From positions 7,651-71,650 of the forward strand of contig CAYNQK010000004.1 in assembly GCA_964399285.1 (NCBI GenBank): a stretch of 64,000 nucleotides of DNA, given 5' to 3'. Below the pieces are notes generated by a model. It was not told the origin of the DNA. It was given only the letters and a program-made list of their open reading frames with translations, and made no database searches. Made by a program: the position numbers and the translations under genes. This DNA comes from an uncultured Spirochaetales bacterium (GTDB taxonomy: Bacteria > Spirochaetota > Spirochaetia > Treponematales > JBGSOB01). Below are positions 26,380 to 35,875 of this stretch, in pieces (within the stretch, counting starts at the first letter, position 1; every line of letters starts with the position of its first letter).

Positions 26380-28070
26380 AGGGAATGAATCGTCTCAGGA
26401 CGGCGGCCGTCGCGGCGCTCGCCGCGTTCGCGCTCGCTTCTCAGGCGGCTTTGGCCGCCGAGGAAAACGAGGTCCAGGCAAAATCCTCGATCAAGGGGGT
26501 CACGGTCTACACGGACCGCGCCCATATCGAACGGAGCGCGCTAGCGGAGCTCAAGGCCGGCAGGACCTCGCTCGTCTTCGACTCCCTTCCCGTCGGCATC
26601 GATCCGTCGAGCCTCCAGGTCGATGGATCGGGTCCCGTGGTCCTCGAGGACATCGTGTTCAGGACCAAGTATTTCGCCGAGATACCCGACGAGAAGATAA
26701 AAGCGTTGACCGAGGAACGCGACGCCGCGCAGGCCAGGCTCGTCGCGACGACGGACCGGATCGCGCGGGCCGGGGCCGAGAAGGCCTTCCTCGAGAAGAT
26801 CGTCGGGAAGGTCACCGCCGTGGAGGAGGAGGGGCAGAGCGAGCTCAATCCGGACAAGTGGGTCCAGATGATGAAATTCTACCGGGAACGCCGGGCCTTC
26901 CTCGACGAGGAGGGCCGCATCGCGGAACGCGATCAACGCGCGCAGAAAGCGGACCTCGACAGGATCGTCAAGGAATTGTCCGATCTGAGCTCGGGGAGGC
27001 AGAAGCGGAACAACCAGGCCGTCGTCATCCTCCTCGCGGACAGGCCCGCGAAGGCCGAGATCGTCCTTTCGTACGTCGTCGTCGGTCCCTCGTGGACGCC
27101 CATTTACGACCTCCGTGTGGATTCGGAGAAAAGGAAGCTGGAGCTGTCCTACAACGCCTATATCGCGCAGAACACGGGCGAGGATTGGAGCGGCGTGAGG
27201 CTCTCCCTCTCCACCGCGCGCCCGGAGATCGGCGGCAGCCAGCCCGAGCTCGAGCCCTGGTACGTGAACATCTACAAGCCCTCGCCGCAGCGTTCCGAGG
27301 TAAGAAGGGCCAAGGAAGCGAAGAAGCTCGAGGACGCGGGCATGGGGGGCAGGGGATTCAACATGGCCGCAGACGTCGACATGGTCGCGGAGGAAGCCGC
27401 GCCGGCTCCGATCGCGGTCATGGGAGCCACCGCGCGCCAGGGAGCCGTCGCCGTGGTCTTCGACGTCAAGGGCGCTACGACCATCCAGAGCGATGCCGCC
27501 AAGCACCGGGTCTCGATCACGCAGGCGTCCTTTAGCGCGTCCTTCCGCTATTCGACGGCGCCCAAGCTCGCGCCGCGCGCCTATCTCAAGGCAAAGGTGA
27601 AGAACGAGACGGATTTCCCCTTTCTTCCCGGAGCCTCCAAGGTCTTCCTGGACGGCGCATTCGTCGCCGATTCCTCGATCGACCTCGTGGCCTCCGGAGA
27701 GGAATTCTGGACCTACCTCGGCGTGGACGAGGGAGTGAAGGTGGACTACAAGCTCGTGAAGCGGGTGAAGGACGAGCAGGGGCTCTTGCAAAAGAAGAAT
27801 CGCTACGTCTACCAGTACGAGACCGTGGTCACGAACGCCAAGAAGGCCGACGCGGAGGTCGTCCTCTGGGACCAGCTTCCCGTGTCTTCGGACAAGGACC
27901 TCGTCGTGAAGCTCATCGAGCCCAAGTACCAGAAGGATTCGGACGCGCTCAAGAAATCCAACACGGACATCTTCGAGTGGAATTTCACCCTCAAGCCGGG
28001 AGAATCCAAGAAGATCCCTTTCTCGTTCTCAGTGGAGTACCCGGCCGACGCGAACGTGGAAGGGCTCTGA
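26376..28070 (+). CDS. Secreted DUF4139/MuiA-family-like protein
   Basis: Signal peptide (AALAAFALASQAALA). The ATG overlaps the cyclase stop (ATGA). The family call is based on recalled N-terminal (VTVYTDRAHIERSA) and coiled-coil organisation, and is not verified. Confidence 0.5.
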   Translation: MKGMNRLRTAAVAALAAFALASQAALAAEENEVQAKSSIKGVTVYTDRAHIERSALAELKAGRTSLVFDSLPVGIDPSSLQVDGSGPVVLEDIVFRTKYFAEIPDEKIKALTEERDAAQARLVATTDRIARAGAEKAFLEKIVGKVTAVEEEGQSELNPDKWVQMMKFYRERRAFLDEEGRIAERDQRAQKADLDRIVKELSDLSSGRQKRNNQAVVILLADRPAKAEIVLSYVVVGPSWTPIYDLRVDSEKRKLELSYNAYIAQNTGEDWSGVRLSLSTARPEIGGSQPELEPWYVNIYKPSPQRSEVRRAKEAKKLEDAGMGGRGFNMAADVDMVAEEAAPAPIAVMGATARQGAVAVVFDVKGATTIQSDAAKHRVSITQASFSASFRYSTAPKLAPRAYLKAKVKNETDFPFLPGASKVFLDGAFVADSSIDLVASGEEFWTYLGVDEGVKVDYKLVKRVKDEQGLLQKKNRYVYQYETVVTNAKKADAEVVLWDQLPVSSDKDLVVKLIEPKYQKDSDALKKSNTDIFEWNFTLKPGESKKIPFSFSVEYPADANVEGL

Positions 28071-28121
28071 TCCCGTCGCCGCCTCCGCGGCGAATGAACC
28101 AAGCCAGACGGGCCTGCGGCC

Positions 28122-29501
28122 TCAATCGAGGCCGTAGGCCTTTATCTTGTTGAGGATGGTGCGCCGGCTGATCCCGAGGTCGGCGGCCGCCCTAGTGCGG
28201 TTACCCCCGTTCCGCGCGAGGGCCGCGATGATCGCCTCGCGCTCGAGATCTTCGAGCGAACGGCCGGGTTTCGGCGCGGCATCGGCGCGGCCCGAGCCGG
28301 TTGCCTGCGCCTCGGCGTCCCCTATCCGCCGGCTTCCCTGCGGCTCCGCCTTCCGGACCAGTCCGAGGTCCGAGGGAAGGATCGAATCGTCCGACGCGTA
28401 GATGAGCGATCGCTCGAGGATGTTCTCGAGCTCGCGGATGTTGCCCGGGAACGGGTAAGCCATGAGCTCGCTCAACGCTTTTTCCGAGAGCGGCTTGGGC
28501 TTCACGCCCATCCGGGAAGCGATGCGCTCGAGGAGGAAGGAGACGAGGACCGGTATGTCCTCCGCGCGCTCGCGGAGGGGCGGCACCGCGATCCTGACGA
28601 CGTTGAGCCGGTAGTAGAGGTCTTCGCGGAATTCACCGCTCGCGACGCGCGCCTCGATGTCCCGGTTAGTGGCCGAGACGATGCGGGCCGCGACGGGGAT
28701 GTCCCGCGATCCCCCGAGCCGCCGCATGCTCCGTTCCTGGATGACGCGGAGGAGCTTGACCTGGAGGTTCGCGGGCATCTCGCCGATCTCGTCGAGGAAG
28801 AGCGTTCCTCCCCCCGCGAGCTCGAAGAGCCCGATCTTCCGCGAATCGGCTCCGGTGAAGGCCCCTTTCTCGTGGCCGAAGAGCTCGCTTTCCATGAGCT
28901 GCTCGTGCACGCCGCCGACGTTCACGGCGACGAAGGGCTCCGAGGATCGGGGCGAGAGGCGGTGGATCTCCCGCGCGATGACTTCCTTGCCCGTCCCGCT
29001 CTCTCCCGTGACGAGGACGGTCGCGTCCGACTTGGCCACTCGGCCGATGATCTCCTTTAGGGAGACGAGGGCATCGCTCTTACCGACGAGTCGGAGCCCT
29101 TCCTTCGCCGTGCGCGCTCCCGCTTCCAGGAGGGCGTCGCGCTTCCTGCCCGCGGCGAGGGCCTTGGCCTTGAGGATGAGCTCCGCCGGATCGAAGGGCT
29201 TCACGAGGTAGTCGTCCGCGCCCGCCTTGAGCGCGGCTACCGCGTCGTCGATCTCGCCATGCGCCGATACCATGATGACGGCCGTGCCGATGCCCTCCGA
29301 CCGTATCCATTCGAGGAGGGCCTGGCCGTCCATGCGCGGCATTTTCAAATCGGCGATCGTGACGTCGTAAGCCCTCGATTTGAGGGCCTCCTGTCCGGCC
29401 ACTCCGTCCCCCGCGACGTCCGCCCTGACGCCCTCCATCTCGAAGAGGCGCTTGAGCGATTCCCTGATGTTCTCCTCGTCGTCCACGATGAGCGCGTTCA
29501 C
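28122..29501 (-). CDS. Sigma-54-dependent response regulator (NtrC family)
   Basis: REC domain (ALIVDDEENIRE...DLKMP). AAA+ domain with GESGTGKE and ESELFGHEKGAFTGA. C-terminal Fis-type HTH. Confidence 0.9.
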   Translation of the reverse strand: MNALIVDDEENIRESLKRLFEMEGVRADVAGDGVAGQEALKSRAYDVTIADLKMPRMDGQALLEWIRSEGIGTAVIMVSAHGEIDDAVAALKAGADDYLVKPFDPAELILKAKALAAGRKRDALLEAGARTAKEGLRLVGKSDALVSLKEIIGRVAKSDATVLVTGESGTGKEVIAREIHRLSPRSSEPFVAVNVGGVHEQLMESELFGHEKGAFTGADSRKIGLFELAGGGTLFLDEIGEMPANLQVKLLRVIQERSMRRLGGSRDIPVAARIVSATNRDIEARVASGEFREDLYYRLNVVRIAVPPLRERAEDIPVLVSFLLERIASRMGVKPKPLSEKALSELMAYPFPGNIRELENILERSLIYASDDSILPSDLGLVRKAEPQGSRRIGDAEAQATGSGRADAAPKPGRSLEDLEREAIIAALARNGGNRTRAAADLGISRRTILNKIKAYGLD

Positions 29502-30832
29502 TGCTGGACCTCCGGCAAAACGATGCGGGCTATTGTCCCTCCGCCCTGTCGAGGCTCGAGGGAAAGCCGCCCCCCCGCGCTTTCCACGAATCGCCTGCAG
29601 ATCTGGAGCCCGATTCCGGATCCCCGGCTCTTCGTGGTGAAAAAGGCGGAAAACATGCGCGCGAGGTTCTCCGCGGGAATGCCCGATCCGCGGTCGAGCA
29701 CCTCGATGACCGCCTTCTTGCCGTCGCCCGTGACCGCTACGCGGATCTCGCTCTCCGGAGAACCGGATTCGGCGGCGTTCCTGAGGAGGTTGTCCATGAC
29801 GGACCTGAGCCTCTCGGGATCGATGAGGACGCGGATCTTCCCGTCCGCCGCGTCCACGATGTCCCGGCCGAAGGCGCGGAGGCCAGTCTCGCGCGCTATC
29901 TCCGCGGGATCGACGGGAACGGGATTGCCGAGGGGCTCCCTGATGAAATCGTTGACGCGGTAGCTGAGCTGTGAAAGGCGCTCGACCTCCTCGTTGATGA
30001 TGCGTATCTCGCGCTCGGCGACGCCGGAAACGGTTTTCTCGAGGATGCCCGTCTGGAGCCTGATCGAATGGAGGGGAGTCTTGATCTCATGCGCGAGGGT
30101 GCTCGCGGCCGTTCCGAGGACGACGAGGTTCTCCTGCTCCTCTATGCGCTTCCGGTATTCGGCGTTGCGGAGGAATACCCTCCTCACGAAGAAGACGCCT
30201 CCCGTGAAGAGCGCCGCGAGCAGGGGGAAGAGGGCTATCCTGAGGCGCCTGCCTCGCCAGAACGCCTCCTGCCTGAGCTCCAGGAAGACGATGCTCCCCC
30301 TCCTGAAAGTCTCGAAGAACGCGGGACGGTTCCCGTTCCGATCCCGCATCATGCCCGGCATGCGGGGTTCCCCGGGAGGGGAGGGCGGGGCCATGCGCAT
30401 CGGACGGAGGAGGAGTATGAGGGAATTCCTCTCCGGTCGCTGGAGATAACCTCGCCCCGCCCGCTCCTCTACGCCTTCAGCGTCCTCGGCGTAGAAGGCC
30501 TCCGGGCTACCGCCCCATCCGAATATCCTTCTCCCGTTCCTGGCGTAGATGCCGATGCCGATCACTCGTTCCTTGAGGTCTTCGATGGATTCGACGCCCT
30601 CGCCGAAGTCCTCGTGGTCCCTGAGGCTCTCCCAAAGGGAGCTGAACGCGCGTTCCGTGTCGTTCTGCGCCGCGAGCAGGGCGAGGTCGTCGAGATTCTT
30701 GAGGAAGAGGAACGCGAGCGACGACAGGAGCACCGCTGAAGACGCCGCCACGGCGAGCGAGACGGCCTTCGTACTTCTCGCGGATCCGTTTCCGCTCGCG
30801 CCGATTGAGCGCGGGAAAACGCGGACGCCCAT
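29498..30832 (-). CDS. Sensor histidine kinase (two TM, periplasmic sensor)
   Basis: H-box LAHEIKTPLHSI, N-box LLRNAAES, G-boxes DRGSGIP and GSGIGL. The ATG shares 1 nt with the TolC stop (TGATG). The track start at 30892 would overlap tolC by 61 nt. Confidence 0.85.
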   Translation of the reverse strand: MGVRVFPRSIGASGNGSARSTKAVSLAVAASSAVLLSSLAFLFLKNLDDLALLAAQNDTERAFSSLWESLRDHEDFGEGVESIEDLKERVIGIGIYARNGRRIFGWGGSPEAFYAEDAEGVEERAGRGYLQRPERNSLILLLRPMRMAPPSPPGEPRMPGMMRDRNGNRPAFFETFRRGSIVFLELRQEAFWRGRRLRIALFPLLAALFTGGVFFVRRVFLRNAEYRKRIEEQENLVVLGTAASTLAHEIKTPLHSIRLQTGILEKTVSGVAEREIRIINEEVERLSQLSYRVNDFIREPLGNPVPVDPAEIARETGLRAFGRDIVDAADGKIRVLIDPERLRSVMDNLLRNAAESGSPESEIRVAVTGDGKKAVIEVLDRGSGIPAENLARMFSAFFTTKSRGSGIGLQICRRFVESAGGRLSLEPRQGGGTIARIVLPEVQQ

Positions 30833-32193
30833 CACGGCATCCCCTTCGATTTCAAGGCGGAACGGATCTCTCCGTCGGTCGCGTACGAGCACAAGGCTCG
30901 GAGATCGGAGAGGGCTTCCAGGAATCCGTAGCGCGCGTCGATGAGGCCCTTGCGGCTGTTCGAAAGGACGAGTTCCGCGTCCGAAAGGTCGGAGGAGGAG
31001 CTCGCGGACAGCGAGTACAGCTCGAGGCTTTTTTCGTGGAAGGACGCGGCGTATTCGTAGGCCTTCGCGCTCGACGCCACGGACCGCGCGCGGGAAAGGC
31101 AGGAATATGCGGCGCTCCTCACCTCGAGCTCGGCGTCCTTGATCGATTCCTCGAGAGATATGGCAGCTTGCTCGGCGGCCTTTTTCTTGGAATCGGAGGC
31201 GGCCTTGGTCGCCCAGGCGTCGAGCGGAACGGAAGCGCGCAGGGATACGGATGCCGACGGAGCGGTTCCGTTCGCGCTGATTCCGAGGCTCGGGCCGGCG
31301 GAAGCGGAAATCGAAGGGAAATATCCAGCCTTCGCGAGATATACGCTCTTTTTCGCGGATTCAGCGCCGAGGGAGGCTTTCGCGAGGCTCGGCCGCGAGG
31401 CCCTGGCCTTGGCGATGAGCGCGGCGATCAGGGACTCCGCGTCAGCGTCGTCGTAGGCGCCGAGAACGGCGATGAGCTCCTCGTACTCGCTGAAATCGAC
31501 GTCCTCGAGCGTGAATGCGCCTGAGAGGCCCGTTATGGACGCGAAGCGGGCCCTCGCTACCGAAAGGTCGCCGCGCGCGAGGTAGAGCGATGTCTCCTTT
31601 TCCCGATCGCTCGCTTCCTTCTGGAGCACGTCGATGATCGTCGACATTCCCGAAGCCTTCTTCTCCTTAGCGAGGGCGAGGGCCTGGCGCGCGTTCGCCG
31701 CGTCGTCCTCCGCGGCCTTGACCTTCGCCTCGGCGACGAGGAGGCCGTAGTACGCCTTGTCCGCAGTATTGACCACGGAATCGTAGGCGGCTCGCGCTTC
31801 CTCGCGGGCGATGGACGTCGAGAGCGCGGCTATCTTCCGCTCTATGGCGTTCTTGCCGCCGTCCCACAGGTTCACGCTCGCGGAGACGCCTACGCTCGCG
31901 GAGAAGGAATCCGAGAAGGACTGAGCGCGCTCCGAGTAGGAGAGTCCAGCGGAACCGGAAGCGGATAGGGAGGGGAGGGCGTCGTAGAGCTTCATCCGCT
32001 CCGCGATCGCCGACGCGTCCACGGAAAGCCCGAGCCGCTCGAGCTCGCCTGAAGATGCGACGGCTAGCTCCCTCGCTCGATCGAGGCTGATGACCGTTCC
32101 GCCTTCCTCCGCCAGAACCGGCGCGAGTGTGAAGCCGAGTGTCGCCGTGAAGGCGAATAAAAGCAAGAACCGAGCACGATGCCGAGTTTTCAT
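30832..32193 (-). CDS. TolC-family outer membrane efflux protein
   Basis: Signal peptide MKTRHRARFLLLFAFTATLGFTLAPVLA and two long coiled-coil repeats. A GAGGTGA SD favours ATG 32193. Confidence 0.8.
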   Translation of the reverse strand: MKTRHRARFLLLFAFTATLGFTLAPVLAEEGGTVISLDRARELAVASSGELERLGLSVDASAIAERMKLYDALPSLSASGSAGLSYSERAQSFSDSFSASVGVSASVNLWDGGKNAIERKIAALSTSIAREEARAAYDSVVNTADKAYYGLLVAEAKVKAAEDDAANARQALALAKEKKASGMSTIIDVLQKEASDREKETSLYLARGDLSVARARFASITGLSGAFTLEDVDFSEYEELIAVLGAYDDADAESLIAALIAKARASRPSLAKASLGAESAKKSVYLAKAGYFPSISASAGPSLGISANGTAPSASVSLRASVPLDAWATKAASDSKKKAAEQAAISLEESIKDAELEVRSAAYSCLSRARSVASSAKAYEYAASFHEKSLELYSLSASSSSDLSDAELVLSNSRKGLIDARYGFLEALSDLRALCSYATDGEIRSALKSKGMP

Positions 32194-32203
32194 TGCGATC
32201 ACC

Positions 32204-33387
32204 TCATTCATACCGGAGCGCCTCGATGGGATACAGGCTCGCCGCCTTTCGGGCGGGGTAGAAGCCGAAGAACACGCCGACGGCCACCGCGAAGAGCGCC
32301 GAGGCGAGGATGATGCCCGGCTCGATGACCGTCGGCAGGTTGAAGAAGAACGTGAGCGCCCAACAAATGGCGATGGAGAGGAGTATGCCGACGAGGCCGC
32401 CCATGAGGCTCAGGATCACGGATTCCGAGAGGAACTGGAAGAGGATATCCTTCTTCCGGGCGCCCACGGACATGCGGATCCCGATCTCCCTCGTCCGTTC
32501 GGTCACCGAGACGAGCATGATGTTCATGATCCCGATCCCGCCCACGATGAGCGAAACGCCGGCGATGGCCGCGAGGAGGGCTGTCAGGGTCTTGGCGGTC
32601 GCGGAGGCGGTCTCGATGATGTCTGACATGTTCATGATGTCGAAGTCCGCGTCGTCGTCCGCCTTGAGCCGATGCGACTCGCGCATGATGGCCTCGACCT
32701 CGGATTCCGCGCTCTTCATGAACTTGTCGCTCGTCACGCTGATCTCTATGGAGTCCAGGTGGCGGTTCTTGGAGAGCCGGGCCAGGGCGGTGTCCAGCGG
32801 CACGAGTACGACGTCGTCCTGGTCCATTCCCATGCCGCCCGAGCCCTTCGGCGCGAGCACCCCCGTCACCGTGAACGGCACCGTGCCGATGCGCAGGCTC
32901 AGGCCCACGGGATCCGAATCCTGGAAAAGCTCCGTCGCCACGGTCTTCCCGATGATCGCCGATTTGCTCCGGGAGCGGAGGTCATCTTCAGTGAAGAAGG
33001 AGCCTGAAGCCATACCCCGGTTCTTGATGGCTTCGTAGTCCGGTTCTACGCCGTACACGGTCGTGGACATGGAGGAAGTCCCTCCCACCACGTTGAAGGA
33101 ACCCCGCGTCTCGCCCGTGATGGCCCTCACGTAAGCGGATTCGGACTTGATCTTCTCGACATCGTCTCGGGTGAGCCGGTTGGCGGAACGGAATCCGCGC
33201 GGAGACATGACCGTGAGGAGGTTCGTTCCCATGGAAGCGATGGTCTTCGTGATCTGCGCCTGGGAACCCGAGCCGATCGCGACCATCACGATGACCGAAC
33301 CGACCCCGATGATGATTCCGAGCGAGGTAAGGATGCTCCGCATCTTGTTGCGGAAGATGCTCCGCATGGAGAAGGAGACGAGCTTGC

Positions 33388-33397
<10 letters not shown>
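32204..33397 (-). CDS. MacB/FtsX-type ABC permease
   Basis: N-terminal TM, large periplasmic MacB_PCD-like domain, and a C-terminal FtsX 3-TM bundle (RTREIGIRMSVGA). Confidence 0.85.
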
Positions 33398-34161
<764 letters not shown>

Positions 34162-34162
34162 G

Positions 34163-35590
34163 CTATTTCGCCTCTTCCTGGAGGATGACCCTGAGCCCCT
34201 CGAGGCCGTCTTCGCCATCGGGATCGGAGATGATCGTGTTCGTCCCGTCGGAGGTGCCCGCGACGACGAGGCGGACCGCGAGCGCTCCCTTCTCGTCCAG
34301 GTACCAGAGCGTCTTCAGGGACGAGGGATCGAATCCGGTTTGGCCGTTTCCTTTGCGTTCGGACGCGATACTCGACGAGGTGGAGGAGGTCCGCCCGCCG
34401 ACAGCCGCTCCGCCGGATCCGGGAGGTCCGCCCGAGCCGCTTCTCCGAGAGCCCGAGCGGAAGCCCGGACGAGGTCCCATCATGACGCCGGTGAGCCCGC
34501 CCGCGCCCCGGTTCGACTGGGAACCGGCCGCGGCCTTTTGCGCCTTCTCGAAATCCTCGACGGCCTTAGCCGTTTCGGCCTTGTCCAGGCCGCGGAGGCC
34601 GGCGACGAAGATCATCTTCTGAGCCTCCTCCGCGGGAATAGAGCTCGGAGAATACCGGAGCGCGGAATTCTGGACGAGGAGGACGCCCTCGTCGATGGAT
34701 TCGATGAAGGTCACTTCGACCGTCATGCCAGGAAGGAGCTTCCCCGATCGGTTGTCCGCGGCGACCATGACGTAATAGTTGACGACGTTGTTGGTCGTCT
34801 CCGGAACGAGCCGGATCTCCTTGACCGTGCCCGTGAACGAGTCCTCGCTCAGGGCTTCGGCGGTGAACCGGGCCTTCATGCCCTTCCTGATCGAGGAGAT
34901 GTCCATCTCGTCGACCTTCGCCTTGATCTCCATCCTCTCGAGGTCCTCGGCGATCGTGAATAGGCTCGAGGAATTCGAGCTCGAACCCTCCACGACGCTC
35001 TGGCCGACATCGACGTTGCGCGCGAGGACGATGCCCGAGATCGGGGCCCTGATGAAGGCGTAATCCTTGATCTTCGTCTCGATGACGGCGAGCGAGGCGC
35101 GCGCGGAATCGAGATCGGCCGAGACGACGTCGAGCGAGGTCTTCGCGGACTTGAGCTCGTACTCGGAGACGAGGCCCTTCTCCGCCAGCTTGGACTTGTT
35201 CTCGTAGTCGAGGAGCTGGAGCCCGTAGTTGGCCTCGATCTTCTTCACGGAGGCGCGCTCGGAGGTCTCCTGGAGCTTGAGCATGTCGGTGTTGAGCTGG
35301 ACGAGGACCTGGCCCTGGGAGACCTGGTCGTTGTAGTCGGCGTTGACCTTCTCGACCCGTCCGCTCATTTCAGAGAGGACGCTCACGGTGGACACGGGTT
35401 CGAGGGTGCCAGAACTGGAAACGGTTTTTTCTATCGTGCCCTTCGTGACGGTCGCGAGGCGATATCCGCCGACGCTTTTTTGGGGCCCCTTCCCGGAACA
35501 GGATGCGGCTCCGATGAGAGAGAGAATGATGAGCGTATTAATGGTTAGAAAGGTCGTACGGGACGATACAGTCCTCGCTCTTAATGGCAT
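34163..35590 (-). CDS. Efflux periplasmic adaptor (MacA/HlyD family) lipoprotein
   Basis: Lipobox LIGAASC, coiled-coil hairpin, barrel domains, and an unusual Gly/Ser/Arg-rich insert near the C-terminus. AAAGGAG SD. Confidence 0.85.
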   Translation of the reverse strand: MPLRARTVSSRTTFLTINTLIILSLIGAASCSGKGPQKSVGGYRLATVTKGTIEKTVSSSGTLEPVSTVSVLSEMSGRVEKVNADYNDQVSQGQVLVQLNTDMLKLQETSERASVKKIEANYGLQLLDYENKSKLAEKGLVSEYELKSAKTSLDVVSADLDSARASLAVIETKIKDYAFIRAPISGIVLARNVDVGQSVVEGSSSNSSSLFTIAEDLERMEIKAKVDEMDISSIRKGMKARFTAEALSEDSFTGTVKEIRLVPETTNNVVNYYVMVAADNRSGKLLPGMTVEVTFIESIDEGVLLVQNSALRYSPSSIPAEEAQKMIFVAGLRGLDKAETAKAVEDFEKAQKAAAGSQSNRGAGGLTGVMMGPRPGFRSGSRRSGSGGPPGSGGAAVGGRTSSTSSSIASERKGNGQTGFDPSSLKTLWYLDEKGALAVRLVVAGTSDGTNTIISDPDGEDGLEGLRVILQEEAK

Positions 35591-35621
35591 ACAGGTACTC
35601 CTTTGGCGTGATGCCTATTAA

Positions 35622-35639
35622 AAGCAGAAGTCATGCCAA
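35622..35639 (-). promoter_or_regulatory. Sigma-54 (-24/-12) promoter candidate for the efflux/TCS operon
   Basis: Minus strand reads TGGCATGACTTCTGCTT, with GG-N10-GC spacing exactly as in the consensus TGGCAC-N5-TTGCW. It lies about 30 nt upstream of the SD and ATG at 35590. Confidence 0.5.
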
Positions 35640-35837
35640 AAAGTATTTCTTTTCTATAAAGTGATTTAGCATTTTTATAAAAATGAATTACTGTGCAAGT
35701 GCGCATTTCTTTTACAGTATACTGAGCATAAAATGATTGCGCAAGGAAAAACAGAACCATTTCGAAGCGATGAAGGATTAAGAAATGATTCAGGCATAAA
35801 GCACGCCATCACATTTCTCAGCCAAAAGGCGACCGCC

Positions 35838-35866
35838 TTTACATCGAGTGGGGCGGGGGGTATCCT
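35838..35866 (+). promoter_or_regulatory. uvrB promoter candidate (leaderless-type)
   Basis: TTTACA, a 17-nt spacer, TATCCT, then 9 nt (CGCGGAACC) to the ATG. No SD. Confidence 0.3.
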
Positions 35867-35875
35867 CGCGGAACC

